Positions 58,014 through 64,000 of a stretch of DNA of 64,000 bases are shown piece after piece. A model generated the notes under the pieces. It was not told where the DNA came from and searched no databases. It worked only from the letters and a program-made list of their open reading frames with translations. The stretch's first letter is position 1. Every line of letters begins with the position of its first letter. Position numbers and translations under genes: made by a program. Origin of the DNA: Nitrospirota bacterium (GTDB taxonomy: Bacteria; Nitrospirota; UBA9217); contig DATIZR010000061.1 of NCBI GenBank assembly GCA_035516965.1, forward strand, positions 77,557 to 141,556, read 5' to 3'.

Positions 58014-58178
58014 TCAGTCGGCGCGAACTTCCTTTCTCGCCGCCGGTCTCTGGGTCGGACGATCGCTCTTCCGAACGCGCCCCTCATTCATGATCTGCCG
58101 TGCCGTTTCGAATTCACCAGCTTCCGCATAGCTCGCTGCAACCATCGCTGTCTCGAATTTCTTGAGTAAGGTTTTCAT
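58014..58178 (-). CDS. unannotated small ORF (54 aa) carrying the standalone AEAGE-ARQIM motif
   Basis: Not in the ORF track (under 60 aa). ATG at 58178 preceded by a very strong RBS AAAGGAGGTAAGGAG. Product MKTLLKKFETAMVAASYAEAGEFETARQIMNEGRVRKSDRPTQRPAARKEVRAD shares the A-x-(S/T)-(F/Y)-AEAGE-x3-ARQIM-x-(E/A)-G block with two Usp-like proteins in the window. Confidence 0.4.
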   Translation of the reverse strand: MKTLLKKFETAMVAASYAEAGEFETARQIMNEGRVRKSDRPTQRPAARKEVRAD

Positions 58179-58435
58179 GGCTCCTTACCTCCTTTCGGTT
58201 ATTTACTAATGTATATTTCAACATACATGCCAGAACGGGGAAATGTTATAAGCAATTGATTTAGAATTGTTTTTAAAATTTCTACACTGGGCAAATGCGA
58301 TACAAGACGTTAAATTTTGCAATGCTATTTCCTGCTACAGGCATTACACATTGAATTTAAAAAGAAATTTTATATGTTGCATGAAATCGTCGGACGTTGT
58401 AAAATGCAACTCAAATCTACCATCCGCTGCCGACC

Positions 58436-60466
<2,031 letters not shown>

Positions 60467-60577
60467 AAGAGAGGCAATCCTGCAAAGTTGTCTTCTGAGG
60501 GTAGCCAACGGGGGCCGCCCCTACAAAGGTATCCGCGGTATCCGCGTTCGACCGTGTTTATCCGTGGTTAAAAAGCG

Positions 60578-62131
60578 ATGATCATGTTCAACTACCGCCC
60601 CAGCATACGTCAGAAAATCACCCTCGGCTACTTTGCGATCGTGGCCATGATCATCGCCCTGTCGCTCTTCACCTTCTTCGAACTGCGGTTCATCGAACGG
60701 AAGATCATCTTCGGGGAGGCCATATCGGAGTTCTTCGATACCACGCTCGAGATCAGGCGGTTCGAAAAGAACTACTTCCTCTACGAACAGGCGACGGATT
60801 ATCTCGAAAACACGAAGTATGTGGTCAAGGCGCTGGAGCTGCTCGAAAACAACTCGACCGGATTCGCGGCCCTGTCCTCGTCATCCCAGATCGAAACGCT
60901 CCGGGACCGGCTGGTCACCTACCGCCTCCTCGTTGACCAGTACGCCGCGATCAATAAACGGAAGCGACAGAGCAGAATGGTCGAAAACACGGCAAACAAG
61001 ACCATGCTGGAGGGGAAGATCCGGGTCGCCGGCAAGGACATCACGACCATAGCCGAGGATATCTCGAAGACCGAGCGCAAGAGCCTCCAGATGCTGCTCA
61101 AATCGTCCCAGCGCATCCTGGTCCTCTCCATCGTGCTGCTCTCCCTCGCCGTCATCGCCATCGGCCAGGTCTTCTCCCAAGTCGTCGTGAAACCGCTCAA
61201 GCTCATCGAGAAGAACATGGAGGTGATCGCCGACGGTCGGTTCGAGAAGATCCAGATCGAGTCCCGCGACCGGGAGATCGCTTCGCTGACAAATGCCTTC
61301 AACAAGATGCTCCGGGAACTGGAGCTCCGGCAGCGGCATCTCGTCCAGTCCGAAAAGCTCGCCTCCCTGGGCACGCTGCTCTCCGGCGTGGCCCACGAGT
61401 TGAATAACCCGCTGTCGAACATATCTTCGTCGAACCAGATCCTGATCGAGGAACTGAAAGAGGCGCAGGAAAAACCGGAGAGCGGCGGGTTGCCCCTGGA
61501 CCCCGCCTTTGCCAACGAGCTCCTGACGCAGATCAACGAACAGACGGACCGGGCCAGGAACATCGTCCGCTCGCTGCTCGAGTTCTCGCGGGACAAGGAC
61601 TTCAAGAAGCAGAGCCTGCCGGTCCGGGCCCTCTTCGACGAGACCCTGCGGTTCGTGAAAGGCCAGATCCCGGCGAACACGGCGATCAGGATCGAAGTCC
61701 CCGACGATGTGGCGATCACCGCGGACAAGCAGCGCATCCAGCAGGCGTTCCTGAACCTCATCAAGAACGCGCTCGATGCCGTTGCCGATCAGGGGGGCGG
61801 GACCGTGTCGATCACCGCACACCGCCACAGCGCCATCGACAAGGCCGGCGACGACGACACGGGCATCTACAACTATCTCAAGTACCGCGGCAAGTGCACG
61901 CTCGAGCAGGACACCGTCGACATCGAGATAAGGGACACCGGCCCCGGCATCCCGGTCGAGGCGATCCCGAAGATCTTCGACCCCTTTTTCACGACCAAGG
62001 ATGTGGGAAAGGGTTCGGGTCTCGGGCTGTTCATCGTCCATGAGATCATCGAAGAGCACGACGGCTGCATCGCCGTGGACAGCGGGCCGGGCGAGGGAAC
62101 GACGTTCCTGATGCGTCTGCCGGTGAAGTAA
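60578..62131 (+). CDS. sensor histidine kinase (EKNYFLY-type sensor, HAMP, HisKA, HATPase_c)
   Basis: H-box GVAHELNNPLSNI; N/G boxes; third paralog of this kinase type in the window. Confidence 0.85.
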   Translation: MIMFNYRPSIRQKITLGYFAIVAMIIALSLFTFFELRFIERKIIFGEAISEFFDTTLEIRRFEKNYFLYEQATDYLENTKYVVKALELLENNSTGFAALSSSSQIETLRDRLVTYRLLVDQYAAINKRKRQSRMVENTANKTMLEGKIRVAGKDITTIAEDISKTERKSLQMLLKSSQRILVLSIVLLSLAVIAIGQVFSQVVVKPLKLIEKNMEVIADGRFEKIQIESRDREIASLTNAFNKMLRELELRQRHLVQSEKLASLGTLLSGVAHELNNPLSNISSSNQILIEELKEAQEKPESGGLPLDPAFANELLTQINEQTDRARNIVRSLLEFSRDKDFKKQSLPVRALFDETLRFVKGQIPANTAIRIEVPDDVAITADKQRIQQAFLNLIKNALDAVADQGGGTVSITAHRHSAIDKAGDDDTGIYNYLKYRGKCTLEQDTVDIEIRDTGPGIPVEAIPKIFDPFFTTKDVGKGSGLGLFIVHEIIEEHDGCIAVDSGPGEGTTFLMRLPVK

Positions 62132-62181
62132 CGATAGGGTCAGGGTGCAGAGCGGGTGAAGGGATCGAAGGAGCTGAAGAC

Positions 62182-63543
62182 GTGAACAACAACACGAAAC
62201 TACTCATCATCGACGACGAGCGCGTGGCGCTCAGGAACCTCGAACACGTCATGAAAAAAGAGGGCTACGACGTGACCGGCACCCAGAGCGGCGCGAACGC
62301 CCTGAAGCTGCTCGAGGGCCAGCACTTCGACGTGGTCCTCACGGACCTGCGGATGGAGAAAGTCGACGGCATGGAGATCCTGAAGCGCTGCCGCGAGCTC
62401 TACCCCGACACGGAAGTGATCATGATCACCGGCTTTGCGACGCTGGAGTCCGGCGTCGACGCCATGAAGCACGGGGCCTTCTATTACATCGCCAAGCCCT
62501 TCAAGCTCGACGAGGTCCGCAAGGTCGTGAAGGAGGCGGTCGAGAAGGTCTCGCTCAAGAAGGAGAACGAACACCTCCGGGAGCAGCTCGAGCACTACCG
62601 GGGCAGGGTCAAGATCATCACCCAGGACCCGGCCATGCAGCGCCTGCTCGACACTGCTCGCCAGATCGGCCCTACGGACTGCAACGTGCTGATCTCGGGC
62701 GAGAGCGGGACGGGCAAGGAACTGTTCGCCCGGTATCTCCACGTCAGCAGCAAGCGCGCCGAAGGCCCCTTCTTCGCCATCAACTGCGGCGCCTTCAACG
62801 AGGAGCTCCTGACGAGCGAGCTCTTCGGCCACGAGAAGGGCTCATTCACCGGGGCGAACGCGTTCAAGAAGGGCCTGATCGAAATGGCCACGGGAGGGAC
62901 GCTCTTCCTCGACGAGATCACCGAGATGCCTGCGTCCATGCAGGTGAAGCTCCTGCGCGTGATCCAGGAGCGCGAGATGATCCGCGTGGGAGGAACGGAA
63001 CAGATCAAGGTGGACGTGCGCCTCGTGGCCGCGACGAACAGGAACATCCAGGACGCGATCAAGGAAGGCGCCTTCCGGCAGGACCTGTACTTCCGCCTGA
63101 ACGTGGTGACCCTGCACATACCGCCGCTGTCTGAACGCAAGGACGATATTCCCCTCCTCTCCTACTACTTCCTGAAGAAATACGCGGTCATCATGAAGAA
63201 GGACGTGAACGACATCTCCCAGGACGTGATCGGCCTCCTCCTGGGGTACGATTTCCCGGGGAACGTGCGGGAGCTCGAGAACATCATCGAACGCGGCGTG
63301 GCCCTTGCCACGGGGAATGCCATCGAGCTCGCTCACCTGCCCGAGGACCTGCGGGAACTGAACATCAGGACCTTCCGCAAGAAGGAGGGCAAGATCCCCT
63401 CGCTGGAAGAGCAGGAGACGGCCTACATCAAGTGGGTGCTGAACGAGGTCGGCGGGAACAAGACGCTGGCATCCCAGATCCTGGGCATCGACCGCGTGTC
63501 GCTCTGGAGAAAGCTCAAGAAGTACGGGCTGGAGCCGGAATAA
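62182..63543 (+). CDS. sigma54-dependent response regulator (NtrC family)
   Basis: Receiver + AAA+ (GESGTGKE, GHEKGSFTGA GAFTGA-type) + C-terminal HTH. Confidence 0.9.
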   Translation: MNNNTKLLIIDDERVALRNLEHVMKKEGYDVTGTQSGANALKLLEGQHFDVVLTDLRMEKVDGMEILKRCRELYPDTEVIMITGFATLESGVDAMKHGAFYYIAKPFKLDEVRKVVKEAVEKVSLKKENEHLREQLEHYRGRVKIITQDPAMQRLLDTARQIGPTDCNVLISGESGTGKELFARYLHVSSKRAEGPFFAINCGAFNEELLTSELFGHEKGSFTGANAFKKGLIEMATGGTLFLDEITEMPASMQVKLLRVIQEREMIRVGGTEQIKVDVRLVAATNRNIQDAIKEGAFRQDLYFRLNVVTLHIPPLSERKDDIPLLSYYFLKKYAVIMKKDVNDISQDVIGLLLGYDFPGNVRELENIIERGVALATGNAIELAHLPEDLRELNIRTFRKKEGKIPSLEEQETAYIKWVLNEVGGNKTLASQILGIDRVSLWRKLKKYGLEPE

Positions 63544-63625
63544 GGGCCGGAAAAAGTCGTTGATTTTCCCCCGGACCAATGGTATCGTGCTTCTGCCTTC
63601 GGGAATGAAGGCGGGAATTGACAGG

Positions 63626-63814
63626 ATGATGAAAGCAAAGTCGCCGGCATTCGATAAAATACTGCTGTTCCTTGTTATCCCGCTGGCCGTGGTGCTGGGG
63701 CTCAAGTACCTGAAGCAGTATGTTTACCTGTCCTTTACCCTGCTGTCATTGAAATTTGTCTGGGTCATCCTTATCGTACTGGCCTTTCTGACGCTGATCA
63801 AGAAACGGACGTAA
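63626..63814 (+). CDS. hypothetical small membrane protein
   Basis: 2 predicted TM helices; start uncertain. Confidence 0.3.
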   Translation: MMKAKSPAFDKILLFLVIPLAVVLGLKYLKQYVYLSFTLLSLKFVWVILIVLAFLTLIKKRT

Positions 63815-63852
63815 ACCTTGGCGTCCGGATCGAAGAACCAAAGGAGGATTTC

Positions 63853-64000
63853 ATGGGAAGAGGTCTGTTCCAACCGATGCATCTGCTGCTCATTCTGGTC
63901 ATCGTCCTGATCATTTTCGGCCCCGGCAGGCTGCCGGAGATCGGCGCGGGGCTCGGGAAGAGCATACGCGGATTCAAGAAGGCCATGTCCGAGAAGGACG
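63853..64000 (+). CDS. tatA: twin-arginine translocase subunit TatA/E (second copy, 3' truncated by window end)
   Basis: [49 protein letters not shown]; about 80% identical to the 29748-29942 product. Confidence 0.75.
   Translation, partial: MGRGLFQPMHLLLILVIVLIIFGPGRLPEIGAGLGKSIRGFKKAMSEKD

Overview
This 64-kb window is high-GC (about 60%) and almost entirely protein-coding. It looks like an anaerobic, Deltaproteobacteria/Desulfobacterota-type genome, rich in sigma54 activators, histidine kinases, universal stress proteins and corrinoid/CO metabolism genes. No rRNA, tRNA, CRISPR or clear IS element was found.

- **1-18.8 kb, minus strand:** a corrinoid-dependent methyl-transfer cluster. It holds a class I SAM methyltransferase, a candidate selenoprotein, two SelW/Rdx paralogs, the RACo corrinoid reductive activator, a B12-binding corrinoid protein, two uroporphyrinogen-decarboxylase-family methyltransferases, DUF2284, DUF1638, a CbbQ/CbbO-type AAA+/VWA pair, a CobW-type GTPase, Ni-CO dehydrogenase CooS and a PAS-HK/LuxR two-component system.
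- **19-24 kb:** housekeeping block (recO, MBL hydrolase, dedA, era) plus a lipoprotein with a phospholipase-A2-like motif and an alpha/beta hydrolase.
- **24.7-30 kb:** CHRD protein, nadA, rmuC, kup, tatA.
- **31-48.9 kb:** sensor kinases, a beta-lactamase-like serine hydrolase, an 848-aa PEP-utilizing enzyme, an MFS pump, two tandem MshEN(c-di-GMP)-DUF202 membrane proteins and a USP/TSUP block.
- **49.4-57.9 kb:** FabZ-like dehydratase, a sigma54 two-component pair, a PAS-GGDEF cyclase and a second USP/TSUP block.
- **58.4-63.5 kb:** a Lon protease with an embedded response-regulator receiver domain, followed by a sensor kinase and a sigma54 activator.

The most notable items are the REC-Lon protease operon, the in-frame TGA (candidate selenoprotein) next to SelW/Rdx genes, a 22-bp palindromic operator-plus-promoter module duplicated in front of cooS and a corrinoid methyltransferase gene, a roughly 195-bp element present as an inverted pair 28.5 kb apart, and the tandem MshEN-DUF202 proteins.
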